This document shows positions 1 through 10,780 of a DNA stretch of 45,323 nt, piece after piece; position 1 is the stretch's first letter; the number at the start of each line of letters is the position of its first letter. The position numbers and the translations under genes were made by a program. The notes below the pieces were generated by a model. It had not been told where the DNA came from, ran no database searches, and saw nothing but the letters and a program-made list of their open reading frames with translations. This DNA is from Octopus bimaculoides (taxonomy: Eukaryota), in the NCBI RefSeq assembly GCF_001194135.2, contig NC_068983.1, positions 85,455,572 to 85,500,894 on the forward strand, written 5' to 3'.

Positions 1-1080
1 CATACATTCAAAACATTTCCAAAGGAACATACGAAAATGATCTAATAAAATGTGTTGTAATAAGAAACAAAATTGTAAACTATTGGTAACTAAACAGAAA
101 ATAAGGATGTTTTGATCAAAGAGTTTCTACATGTCAGTTTGACAATGGCCTCATCAAACTAGCTGACACATATCTTTGCACACTCACAAGAGAAGTTTCC
201 CTATTCCATTCATTCATTGTTATGAAAGGAAGTGACTCAGCTATGACATGGCACCAGCCCTAACCATTTTTTCCTTTTTTTTTTTTTTTTTTTTTTGGGG
301 GATACTACTTTGTGTATTGTGAATGTCATTGGAACTTACAAATGGCTTACTTTGGGGAAGCAGCAGAGAAATGGAATACACATAAGTGACAATAAAGTTG
401 ATCTCAAAAGAGACTCTAAGCTCCTGAAAATAATCCTCTATCTACCCACTTATCTACTAATCTCTCTTCCTTTCTCACAAACACACATACCTATCCATTT
501 TCCATACCATTCATATGTAGGGAACCAATAAAGGCCAGTGAAATTCATTAGTTGCATCAAAACCCAAGGAGAAGCTCAGTTCAACATCGCTGATAAAAGA
601 CATATCTCTGTTCACTTGTGTATTAAGTCAACATAACAGTCAGCATCTAATTATGAAATATATGATTCAACAACTGCATGAAACAGTGTACAATATGGTT
701 TGAGACTGAAGTAGAAGATATTTGGACCACTTGACCCATGGCTTGCTGTTAAGCATTTAATTGGCTACTTTTGTCCAATAGCTCTGCTCTGTTCGACAAC
801 AGCAACAACCACAACTCTGGTGAAACAAATATCTAAATATGCTGAAATATCTAATCTCTGCAAACATGGATTACCAAATGCAAGCTAATCTAACTGGAGG
901 TTAAGATGCCAATGAGATCCATTGTGATATGTTTAAAGACAAGGCATGTAATAAGTCTAGTTCCTTGGTCTAGTAGCAAATATTTTATGGTTGAATGGTT
1001 AGCTATAACTAACTGCAAAAAGAAACTTAACAATATACACGTTCAAATTTTGGGAAAACTTATCAATAACAATAATAATA

Positions 1081-1992
1081 ATCCTTTCTACTATAGGCAC
1101 AAGGCCTTAAATTTGTGGGAAGGGGGCCAGTCAATTAGATCGACCCCAGTATGAAACTGCTACTTAATTTATTGACTCCAAAAGGATGAAAGGCAAAGTC
1201 GACCTCAGCAGAATTTGAACTCAGAATGTAGCAGCAGATGAAATACTGCTAAGCAATTTACCCAGTTTGCTCATGATTCTGCCAGCTCATCACCTTAATA
1301 ATAATAATAATGATTTTAAATTTTGTCACAAGGCCAGCAATTTCAGGAGGGAGTAAGTCGATTACATTGACCCCAGTGCTTCACTGGTACTTATTTTATC
1401 AACCCCAAAAGGATGAAAGGCAAAGTTGGTGCCAGTGGAATTTGAACACAGAATATGAAAATGGACAAAATGCTGCAAAGCATTTTGCCTGGCATACTAA
1501 TGACTCTGCTAGCTTGCCAACTTAGAAACAATAATAATAATAATGATAATCCTTTCTACTACAGGCACAAGGCTTGAAATTTTGGGAAAGGAGGCTAGTT
1601 GATTACATCAACCCCTGTGTTTCACTGGTACTTAATTTATCGACCCCGCAAGGATGAAAGGCAAAGTCGACCTTGGCAGAATTTGAACTCAGAACATAGT
1701 AGCAGACAAAATACCACTAAACACTTCACCCAACGTGCTAAGGATTCTGCCAGCTCACTGTCTTAATAATAATAATACTCCTTTTTACTATAGAGACAAG
1801 GCCTGAAATTTGGGGAAGGGGACCTAGTCAACTACATTAACCCAATTTTTCATTGATACTTAATTTATCAACCCCAAAAGGATGAAAGGCAAAGCTGTCC
1901 TCAACAGAAGCTGAACTCAGAACATGAAGACAGATGAATTACTGCTAACCATTTTACCCGGTGTGCTAATGATTCTGCCAGCTTGCCACCTT
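1081..1992 (-). mobile_element. Tandem array of four tRNA-derived SINEs (family B, Meta/MESC-like core) separated by (AAT)n
   Basis: Four ~215-bp copies at about 1081-1296, 1311-1523, 1548-1764 and 1778-1992. On the minus strand each has A-box-like TGGCAGAATC, B-box-like G(A/T)GTTCAAATTC, the core CCTTTCATCCTT..GGGTCGATAAATTAAGTACCAG and an (ATT)n tail. Confidence 0.9.
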
Positions 1993-2367
1993 AATAATAA
2001 TAGTAATAATATCAATTAGTAACATTGAACAGTTAAAGAGCTCTTAAAATATTAGGGGGAAATTTACCACACACCAAAGCAACTGTGGTCATAAAAATAT
2101 TTAAATGATTGTTCTGATTGAGCAATTCAACAGAAAATCTATATTTAACCAGTGAAATGCTTTTAACCATATTGAATGGAATCACACTGGTGCTTTCAGC
2201 AGTTTAGACACAGGAGAAAGGCTTCTAATTTTTTTTTTTTTTCAGTTTTACATTTTTTTCTTTTTCTTTTTTTCTCTTTCTTAACTATAAATGGGTAAGT
2301 TAGTATCGGATTTGCTTTTTCAAGAATTCACACAGAATCAAAAGTGTTAAATTGCATTATTTTATTC

Positions 2368-2370
<3 letters not shown>

Positions 2371-2412
<42 letters not shown>
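2371..2412. repeat. (TG)n microsatellite
   Basis: Direct reading of the sequence. Confidence 0.97.
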
Positions 2413-2419
<7 letters not shown>

Positions 2420-2449
2420 GCGCACGTGGATTTACTGCTTTTATCACAG

Positions 2450-3110
2450 AATAGGTTACCAGCTGACTTTTCAATGAACTACAAAGTGGAAGTGGAGCTA
2501 TGGATTCGCTTGCTCCCAATTAGTGGCATAATAATTTACTCTCTGTTTCATTTGAACAAACCAAGTAGAAGAATTGGTAATCATTGTTTAAAAGAAATGA
2601 GCTTTGAACTGTAAGGTACCAACGAAATTCAGGAATTCAACCAAAAAACTAAGCAATGTACTCTCCAGTTGGCTCCATGAAGACTGAAGTGGGTATAAAA
2701 ATTAATAGAACATGATGGATCAGCTACTTGTAATGCTTTACAATGGTTCAATGCACACAAATTTCTGAAGAAAAAGTGTCATCCTTTTTCAGAATCATAA
2801 GGATCAGAAGAATTTGTGCTAATGTAACAGACTTAATCTACATATTGCAAGCATTTAAACTCAGGTTTTCCCTTCCAGTTTCAGAGGCCCAGCAAAAAGA
2901 AAAAAAATCATTGGTACTTGTTTGAAAAACAAACCTTGTTTCTCTAAGTATGAAATGGTCAAGAACAAGCTGTCCTTTCATTAGGATGCTGGTCTTTCAC
3001 AGGCAGTTATTCATGCAGGAGGAATTTGAATTGCACTTAGCACTGCAAAGAAATACTCTTCAGTTCCAATGACAGAGCCTCTATGCCTCAAACTTACAGA
3101 AACAGTAGCC
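2450..3110 (+). mobile_element. Heavily decayed LINE (RTE-like) reverse transcriptase relic
   Basis: A frame with stops reads MMDQLLVMLYNG..KSVILFQNHKDQKNLC*CNRLNL..DAGLSQ..EPLCLKL. This loosely parallels the RTE RT N-terminus (K.GD..NYR.I.L / QAGFR / PL...F.D). Confidence 0.4.
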
Positions 3111-3129
3111 TAGTTTTCTTATATCATCT

Positions 3130-3357
3130 TTAACCATTTAGCATTTAAACCAGCCATATCCAGCCCAAATTTTCTGCCTGTTTTATGTTCAAATTGGCCA
3201 GATCCAGCCTCTCACACCTACCCTGCAATATTATTCTAAAAATAAACAGTCACATCTTCAAAATCTCAAAGCTGTGGGATAATACAGGATTCATCTTATG
3301 AAATGTGAATATATAAGTAATACATTTGACAATGTAATCTGACTGCTAAAAGGTTAA
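3130..3357 (+). mobile_element. TTAA-flanked MITE (piggyBac-like non-autonomous element)
   Basis: TTAA|CCATTTAGCA...TGCTAAAAGG|TTAA, with TTAA at 3130-3133 and 3354-3357. Homologous to copies at 14.3, 18.1 and 32.5 kb. Confidence 0.8.
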
Positions 3358-3557
3358 AAAGAGAGAACACATTAAATAATCTAGTCCTAAATACACTATC
3401 TGAAATACAAAAAAAAAAAAAAAGGCTGGTCATAGCTGAAATCTCTCTGATCATTTAGGTTTGCTCAAGTAAATCTGACCTGAGGTTAAACAACAACAAC
3501 AACAACAGTGGTCTCAACCAGAGAGCTAAGTGTCTTAGCTATAGAAATATTGTTGTG

Positions 3558-3800
3558 ACATCATCACTGTCTTTATCATTGTTTCAATGCTCATTTTTCA
3601 GTACTCGCATAGGTGAGGTAGAATTTGTCGAGGCAGTTTTTCTACAGTCAGATGCTCTAGCTGTCATCAACCCTCAATGTTTTCAATTTCTCCATGGCCA
3701 GATATTTTTTCACTGAAGATTAGAAACAAAGGACACTGTTTATATGAGGGTAACACTCAATATTGACTCTCAAGCCATGTCAAAACAAGAACACACACAC
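3558..3800 (-). mobile_element. LINE 3'-end-type repeat with (ATG)n tail (family F)
   Basis: Colinear similarity to 16790-17040, with a catcatca tail on the plus strand. Confidence 0.45.
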
Positions 3801-4029
3801 ACACACGTACACATGTCCAAATATGTACATATTGTGTTTACTTGCATCATTATCTTCATACCAGATCATCTGGATTCCTCATATAGCCACTCTTTACTCC
3901 ATGGACCTAGTCCTTGATAAAAGTTTCAGAGTTTAAGTTCTAATCATTTGAGTACTTTCATGAGTTTTCTATACTGAGAATCTCTACATCTCACATGCTG
4001 ACTATATATGCATACACATACACATACAC

Positions 4030-4317
4030 ATCACCCATGCCAGCACAACAGAAGAAAGCCCCCATACCAGCAGGCACATGTAAAAGCACCTGAGCCAGAG
4101 CCACGTGAAAGTGCACCCATGCTGGCACAATGTGTAGAGCACCTGTGCTAGTGCCACATAAGAAGCACCCAGTACACTGTAAAGTGGTTGGAGCTTGGGA
4201 GGGCAATCAACTGTAGAAACCATGGCAAAACAGACGACTGGAGCCTGGTGTGGCCCTCTCGCTTGCCAGCTCCTGTCAGCCGATCCAACCCATGCCAGAA
4301 TGGATAACAGACATTAA
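4030..4317 (+). mobile_element. RTE LINE 3' UTR fragment, interrupted by the 4318-4811 insertion
   Basis: Degenerate ~21-bp repeat (gccacgtaaaagcacccatgc), then cactgtaaagtggttgg and ccaacccatgccag..acagacattaa. The tail resumes at 4812 (acagacattaaatagtgatgac). Homologous to the 3' UTR of the RTE at 34432-35666. Confidence 0.8.
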
Positions 4318-4811
4318 TATTATTTACATTCGATGGATATTTGTCCTCATCCAGTTTGTTGTTAACACATTTCAGCTGATTTACCCTTCAGCCTTTTTCA
4401 GGTGTCTTGGAGAAATTTCGAACCTGGATTCTCATTCCTAAGGTATTTTTCGATGTTATTATTATTACTGTTGTTGTTGTTCAGGTCACTGCTTGGAATC
4501 GAACTCAGAATCTTGGGGTTAGTAGCCTGCGCTCTTAACCACTACGCCATATGCCCGTAGTGGTTAAGAGCGCAGGCTACTAACCCCAAGATTCCGAGTA
4601 CGATTCCAAGCAGTGACCTGAACAATAATAATAATAACATCGAAAAATACCTTAGGAATGAGAACCCAGGTTTAAAATTTTCCCAAGACACCTGAAGAAA
4701 GCTGGAGGGTACATCAGCCGAAACGTTGTGTTAACAACAAACAAGATGAGGACAAATATCCGTCAAATCTAAATAATGTACATAATTCCTCATCTCTTAA
4801 ATATAGAACTG
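4318..4811. mobile_element. Head-to-head inverted dimer of a tRNA-headed, hammerhead-bearing (Penelope-type) short element, with 12-bp TSD
   Basis: Arms 4318-4545 and 4557-~4779 are reverse complements around an 11-nt spacer (gccatatgccc). The direct repeat AACAGACATTAA lies at 4306-4317 and 4812-4823. Head: GGGCATATGGCGTAGTGGTTAAG..GAGTTCGATTCC (A/B boxes). Confidence 0.88.
4688..4731 (+). ncRNA. Minimal PLE-type hammerhead ribozyme motif
   Basis: acac-CTGAAGA-a-agctg(gagggtacat)cagcc-GAAA-cgtt-gtgt. Stem I is acac/gtgt, stem II is agctg/cagcc, and palindromic AACGTT replaces stem III. The mirror copy at 4366-4405 (minus strand) has a mutated core (CTGAAAA) and lacks the cgt. Confidence 0.65.
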
Positions 4812-5545
4812 AACAGACATTAAATAGTGATGACATATTTTCTGTTATTTTGTTCTATACCTGCTGCATTAATTGTGGTTTCTGCAATCAAAGAGGATAA
4901 GGATCTTAGTTTTCTTGCTTTCCTTTTTTTTTGCATCAAACTTCTTCATGTTTTCCTTCTCATCTTTTCTTATTTTCGTACTCATTTATGTCCTGTACTC
5001 ATTTTAAAAATATATATAACACATAAACAGAGCCTGAAAGATTGCTTGGCGATACATGGTGTACTTTATAAATATGCCTGCTTTTTTGGTTGTGCATTAA
5101 ATTGCTATACACACACACGTGCGCAATGGGCTTCTTTCAATTTCCATTTCCCAAGTCAACTCAGAAGACTACAGTAGAAGGCACCTCCACACATACTTAA
5201 AAACTTCTGATTGTTATCTTATTTTAGTCATCTATGAACTGCTTCTGAGTAGTGGAACTGAAATCAGTTAATAACATTACTACTAATACTCAAGAGGTGA
5301 TGGTGAGAACAACCGTTCATCATCTGGTGTGGTGCTTCATGCTTCTATCTTCAGGAGCAGTTTTAGATAGACAGTGTTTAATCTAATCGACCAGATAGCT
5401 TTTTACTCACTACAGAGATGATGGAAAGACAAAAAACAGTAAAATGCCAATCAGAATACCCAGCAGGATTTAATTTCAGCTCATGATTTTCTGAGTTCAA
5501 ATCCTACATGGTAGACTTTGCTGTTCATCTTTTCAGAGCTGATGT

Positions 5546-5547
<2 letters not shown>

Positions 5548-5590
<43 letters not shown>
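5548..5590. repeat. (CA)n microsatellite
   Basis: Direct reading of the sequence. Confidence 0.97.
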
Positions 5591-5591
<1 letters not shown>

Positions 5592-5670
5592 GCACCAGAC
5601 ATACCCTAGCATTGACTGAATCAACTAAAACCCTCTTTAGGAATTAGTGATCTTTTGCTTATGTGAAATG

Positions 5671-5871
5671 AAGGCAAGTGAGCTAGCAGAATTATTTAGC
5701 ACATCAGACATGCTTAATGGCATTTCTCCTTGCTCTTTGCCTTCTAAGCTCAAACACTGACAGGCTGACTTTGGAGTCAATAAAATAGGTACCAGTTTGA
5801 TCACTGGCATCAATGGTTTCGACTAACACCCACCCTTCAAAATTGCTGGCCTTGTGCCAAAATTTGAAACC
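5671..5871 (+). mobile_element. Family B SINE (decayed)
   Basis: aaggcaagtgagctagcagaatt..aataaaataggtaccag..ggccttgtgccaaaatttgaaacc followed by a (cat)n tail. Confidence 0.8.
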
Positions 5872-5900
5872 ATCATTGTCATCATGATGATGATGATGAT

Positions 5901-6260
5901 TTCTCATTTAAGTACAAGGCCGTTAATTTAGAGCAGTTGTGGTCTGCAAATGTAGTACTGGGGGTCTGTGAACAAGTTAAGCTGGCAGGCCTTTCAATAT
6001 TCTGGGGTCATGAGAAAACTCATTTAAATAAAAGGGGTCCTTGTTAGCGAAAAGTTTGGGAACCACTGATTTAGAGGATTGAGAGTAAGGTGATACCATC
6101 AACACCAGAACTTGATTGGCACTTTATATTATTAAGCCTGGAGAGATAGAAGGCCAAATTGACCCCAGCAGGAACTGGACTCAAAGTAAAAAGCTAGAAC
6201 AAATACCAAAGCATTTTCTCCAACACACACAAGGCACTTTTTCTGATGCTTTAACAATTC
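5901..6260 (-). mobile_element. Family B-related SINE (decayed), interrupted by a hAT MITE
   Basis: Tail-proximal agtacaaggcc and core-like gaaggccaaattgaccccagcagga. It is tail-to-tail with the 5671-5871 copy. Confidence 0.6.
5934..6068. mobile_element. hAT (Charlie-like) MITE with 8-bp TSD
   Basis: ATTTAGAG at 5926-5933 and 6069-6076. The right end TTTGGGAACCACTG is the reverse complement of the Charlie-type TIR CAGTGGTTCCCAAA; the left TIR is degenerate (cagttgtggtctgcaaa). Confidence 0.75.
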
Positions 6261-6455
6261 TATTATTCCATTACCCTTATATAATTATATATACCAGTAA
6301 CTGACTGGTACTTCATTTTATCAACCCCAATAATTTGAGTGGTACTTTATTTTATTGACCTCTAATCAACTAATACTTTATTCTACTGACCTCAAAAGGA
6401 TGAAAAGTAAAGTCGACCTAAATGGGACTCAAGCTCATAACTAGGAGTATATATA

Positions 6456-6650
6456 TCATCATCATCATGTAAAGTCCATTTCTCAGCCTGCATGCCAGAG
6501 GGTGGCACAAAACTCCACTGTCTGCTTTGACACAATTTTTACAGCTGGGTGCCCTCCCTAATACCAACCACTTTACAAAGTGTACTGAATGCTTTTTATG
6601 TTGCACTGGCACTAGTGAGGTCACCAAGTGACTCACAAGACAATGCCCAC
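6456..6650 (-). mobile_element. RTE LINE 3' UTR fragment
   Basis: (cat)n tail, ttttacagctgggtgccctccctaataccaaccactttaca; homologous to 34432-34620. Confidence 0.8.
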
Positions 6651-7394
6651 TCCCTCAACTGAGTAGGGAGTAGTATTTACGTCAGATGATGGAAAACGGG
6701 GATACATGGATACTCCAATTGGAATAGTAAAAGATGGTGGTGAAGATGAGTCACAGAACACCCTCAAGTTACAGAAAGGATAATGTAAGGGATGTGATGT
6801 GAGTAATTGAGTTTGTGGGAATGTGAAGTAGAGTGGCAGATGGCTAGAGATGTGGATAGAAGGGAAATACAGTGAGGGGTGAACATGGATGGAGGGTCTT
6901 GAATATCAATCGGAAGTGAAGGTGGAGGAAGTAGGTACAGTTCAGGGACATAATAGGTGGCAACAAAGATGCTAAAAGATTGTGTGAGAGTGGAGGCAGG
7001 ACGGAAGAAGGTAGGGATGCACAGTGCCAGGGACAAAGAGACAAAAGTATACTGAACAAAATGTTTTATTTACAGCACTTAGCTGGATTTCACACAGTTC
7101 AAGTTTTGATACTAGATAACCAGGTTAAATCAATTATTAAAATAAAGTCCGGGGGGGGGGGGAAAGCTGGAGGGGCATTCTTGATAATGTAAAGTTTAAA
7201 ACTGGTTGTAGCCCAGTACCCAAAACTTGGTATATAAATAAGCCCCAAAATAGAGCAAGAGCAGAGAAAGAAATGACGTGGGGTGGGGGTGCTGAAGCCA
7301 GTGGCAAAATTGGCTGCAATTCATTGCAGAAAGATATACACCAAAATGACCTGCCACAAATAGCACAGTTAACACCTCACCCTTTTCATTTCAG

Positions 7395-7466
7395 ATGGAG
7401 AAGGAAACATATAACAACAACAACAATTGCTGCTGCTGCAGCAGCAGCAGAGCATTAGCGTTCCAG
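7395..7466 (+). other. Candidate 72-nt exon (MEKETYNNNNNCCCCSSSRALAFQ if frame 0)
   Basis: Acceptor ccttttcatttcag| and donor CAG|gtaata. The open frame is low-complexity and no homology is recognised. Confidence 0.2.
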
Positions 7467-7469
7467 GTA

Positions 7470-8104
7470 ATATTACTGTGTGTATGTGAGTGTATATATT
7501 ATGAATGTATATGTGTAAAAATCATTACAATCTAACATTTCAACAAAGGTTGGTGAATCAATATCTAATCATTCAAACAGAGGGTAGAGTGAGGGTGTGG
7601 GTGCATGTGTGTATGTATATGTGTGCACAGATACATCTGAGGTGGGTATAGAAACGCTGTATGCATGTGCATGTGTGTATCTGTAGGTAGAGGGAGAGAG
7701 AGCATGTGTGTGTGTGTGTGTGTGTGTATGAAGAGGAGATAGGTGGGAAAATGAGAGTGTGCATGAGCATGTGCATTTATGCATGCATATGCATCAGATG
7801 CAGACACACACAAATTTGTATAGACACATATAGAAGAGGATAAAAGAAAAAAGGAAAAAGAGAGAAACAGGATAGGTGAAAACAGAATAAAGAGAGTGAA
7901 GCAAAATTAGAGAGAAAGAAAACAAAATGATGAGTGAGGAGAGTAAGATGGAAGACTGGGAGAGAAAGTAAAAGGAGAGAAAGATGTAGAAGAGACTGAG
8001 TAAATTTGATCAGGAGGAGGAAGAAGGGAGACAACTTAAGTAGCAGATTAAGACAGAATGAAAGGAGAAACTTGATGAGAGAGGGGGAGAGAAAACTTGA
8101 GAGA

Positions 8105-8145
<41 letters not shown>

Positions 8146-8155
8146 NNNNNNNNNN

Positions 8156-8197
<42 letters not shown>

Positions 8198-8431
8198 AAG
8201 AAAGTGGGGAAGTAGAAGTCACAATGAAAGTAGGGTGATAGCACCAGCGAGGGTAGTGTAATAGCACCATTGAGGGTAAAATGATAACACCTGTAAGGGT
8301 ATGGTTAGAGCAACAGTGAAGATAGGGTTAGAGAAAGTCAGAGCATTTGTAAGAACAAAGGATTGGAAGAGATCATTGATTGATATGTGTATACACACAC
8401 ACACACAATGTATGTATGTGTGAATGTATGT

Positions 8432-8462
<31 letters not shown>

Positions 8463-8560
8463 GAGAGAGAGAGATAAATAGTGGAAGACAGATAAAAAAA
8501 AGTAAGGAGAAAATGATAAAGATATGATGTACAGACAGTAAAAGCAGTTGGAAATTTGGC
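7470..8560. repeat. Compound microsatellite and purine-rich tract: (TG)n, (GA)n with a 10-N gap, (TA)n
   Basis: Direct reading; (GA)n at about 8107-8194. Confidence 0.9.
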
Positions 8561-8967
8561 ATATATGAAAAGTCAGCTGAAAATGGGGGGAGGGGTGATC
8601 ATTGAAATTAGTGTGGTGTTTAATCAGTGAGTTATTGACATAGATTGTATGAAGTCAGACAGCCTTCAGAAGATTTACTAGTAGTAAATCAAGCCATTCA
8701 CTCGATAAATCACCAACAACACATAGACAAGGCAGAGAAATATAAATACGAAAACATAATCTGCTCTTCCAAGTACACATCAAGTGAATCCTATTGCAGC
8801 CTCATTATAAATTTCGACTGTCCTCAAATCAAGGCCATAACTTGTTAACATGCAACTGAGCACGGAATTTAAATATAGCTCACCAATATGTAATCAACAA
8901 ACTGCACTGAGATATAGAGGCCAATCATAACTGCCCAACAAACCACTTCTCTACTTGTGTACGTGTA

Positions 8968-8968
<1 letters not shown>

Positions 8969-9052
<84 letters not shown>
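8969..9052. repeat. (CA)n microsatellite
   Basis: Direct reading of the sequence. Confidence 0.97.
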
Positions 9053-9057
<5 letters not shown>

Positions 9058-9207
9058 TCACACTCGCACAAAACAATTAGTAGCAGGTATTTTTAATTCA
9101 TAAATAGACAAAATAGATTAGAAAACAAATGCATAGATCCAGATTATGCATAGTTGGGAGCTCAATCTGCTTACTATTCTGATGAAACTTCTTTAAACAA
9201 AGGTATT

Positions 9208-9578
9208 AGGCGTGGCTATGTGGTTAAGAAGTTTGCTTCCCAACCACATGGCTCAAAGTTCAGTTCCACTGCATGGCACCTTGGGCAAGTGTCTTTTACT
9301 ATAGCTTTAGGTTGACCAAAGCCTTGCGGGTGGATCTGGTAGACAGAAACTGAAAAAAGCCCATCATGTCCCCACACCACTGCTTGACAACCAGTGCCGG
9401 TGTGTCTATGTCCTTGTAACTTAGAGGTTTGGCAAAAGAGACTGATAGAATAAGTACCAGGCTCAATAAATAAGTACTGGATTCAATTTGTTCAACTAAA
9501 ATTCTTCAAGACGGTGCCCCAACATGACCACAATCTAATGAGTGAAACAAGTAAAAGAGTCAAAGAAAGAAAAAAGAG
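9208..9578 (+). mobile_element. tRNA-derived SINE family A
   Basis: aggcgtggctatgtggttaag..gttcagttcc..caccttgggcaagtg..gatagaataagtacc..(aagagt)n-like tail; homologous to 13848-14303. Confidence 0.88.
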
Positions 9579-10356
9579 TAAACAGAATGAAGTTTAATTA
9601 CAACACACCTAGTTACAGTCACAAGAGTTTTATGATTACAAAAATGCCTAGTCTGATCTCAACCAAAATGCATGAAGATCTCCTACAAACAAAAATCACA
9701 ACTACAAGTGACATACTCAATAATCAACAGAATAATATAGTAACTACTCAATATGGAAGGATGAATGTATTTGTAACTGCTCTCTAAGGAGTGGCTGCAA
9801 TAACTGCCCAATATGGATAGCTGTACATACCTACCCAATTCAGAATAGTTGTAGTCACTACTTGGTACTGAAAGATTGAAGTAGTTGTATAATGTCTCCC
9901 ATTCTTTCAAATTTACATTCAAAATCACCCAATTCATCGATGCTGTGTCAAATTCATGGACTGCTCTATATCCCCCACTAGGATCAAAGTGGCCAGACAG
10001 TGCACTGACATGTTATCCCAATTGATGCTGGTCAGTAACAACTTGGTACAGAAGGACCAATTTCTACAAGAGCAGTAAAGCAGGTATCCATCTTGAGTTT
10101 TATAGCAGCCACAGGCATCTCTGGAGAGAAAGCTCAGTCATACTTTTAACTGAAAACATTACTGTATTCATTGAATTCTTTATTTAGCAAATATCTGTTA
10201 TAAAAGCTAGACTACATTTTACTGAGGAAACTCAGTAAGATTGACACACGTTCAGAGTTGTCACCCTACAGCTTGTAAGATTACTGAATCCCATATGTAA
10301 TCAATTTTAATGGAAATTTCAGGGTTATTTCTACCTACCTTCTATGAATCATTTAC

Positions 10357-10702
10357 AGGTATGTCTGTGTGTAAGAGATTTGCATCCCAGCCACATGGTT
10401 TTGGGTTCAGGTCTACTCCTAGACACCTTGGGCGAATGTTTTCTATCACAGCTCCAGGATGACCAGAGCCTTGTGACAGAAGTTGGTAGATGGAAACTGA
10501 GAGAAGCCCACTGTGTGTTTGTGTTTGTATCCCCACCACCACTTGACAACTGATGTTGGTTTGCATACATCCCTGTAACTTAGTTTTGTAAAAAAAAAAA
10601 GACCAATAGAATTAAGTACTGGGGTTGATTTGTTAGGTCACCTTCAAGATGGTGACCCAGCATGGCCACAGTCCAATGATTGAAAATAAGTAAAAGATAA
10701 AA
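10357..10702 (+). mobile_element. tRNA-derived SINE family A
   Basis: Same layout: gggttcaggtc..caccttgggcgaatg..tggtagatggaaactg..gtaaaagataaaag. Confidence 0.85.
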
Positions 10703-10780
10703 GGGAGGAAATGATTCTTCTTGACATTTCTTGGCTTATTACACTAAATTTACTGCAAAATATTTAATATTCATTTAGAT

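Noticed and set aside
1081-1992. Regularly spaced repeats resembling a CRISPR array or satellite
   Set aside because: The units are ~215-bp diverged SINEs also dispersed elsewhere; there is no short-repeat/unique-spacer structure and no cas genes.
6660-7060. Purine-rich segment with several 70-90 aa ORFs
   Set aside because: Compositionally biased and no motif recognised; probably an unclassified repeat.
7231-7281. TATA box plus CRE-like motif as a promoter
   Set aside because: Short motifs are frequent in AT-rich DNA, the order is atypical, and there is no TSS evidence.
7565-8562. HT/CV/SL/ER/YI-repeat ORFs here and at 14.0, 15.2, 16.9, 36.8 and 37.3 kb
   Set aside because: These are translations of dinucleotide microsatellites.
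9590-10150. Possible minus-strand RT relic (DIEQ..FDTASMNW)
   Set aside because: Only one loose motif; no catalytic YADD-like block found, so it cannot be supported without a profile search.
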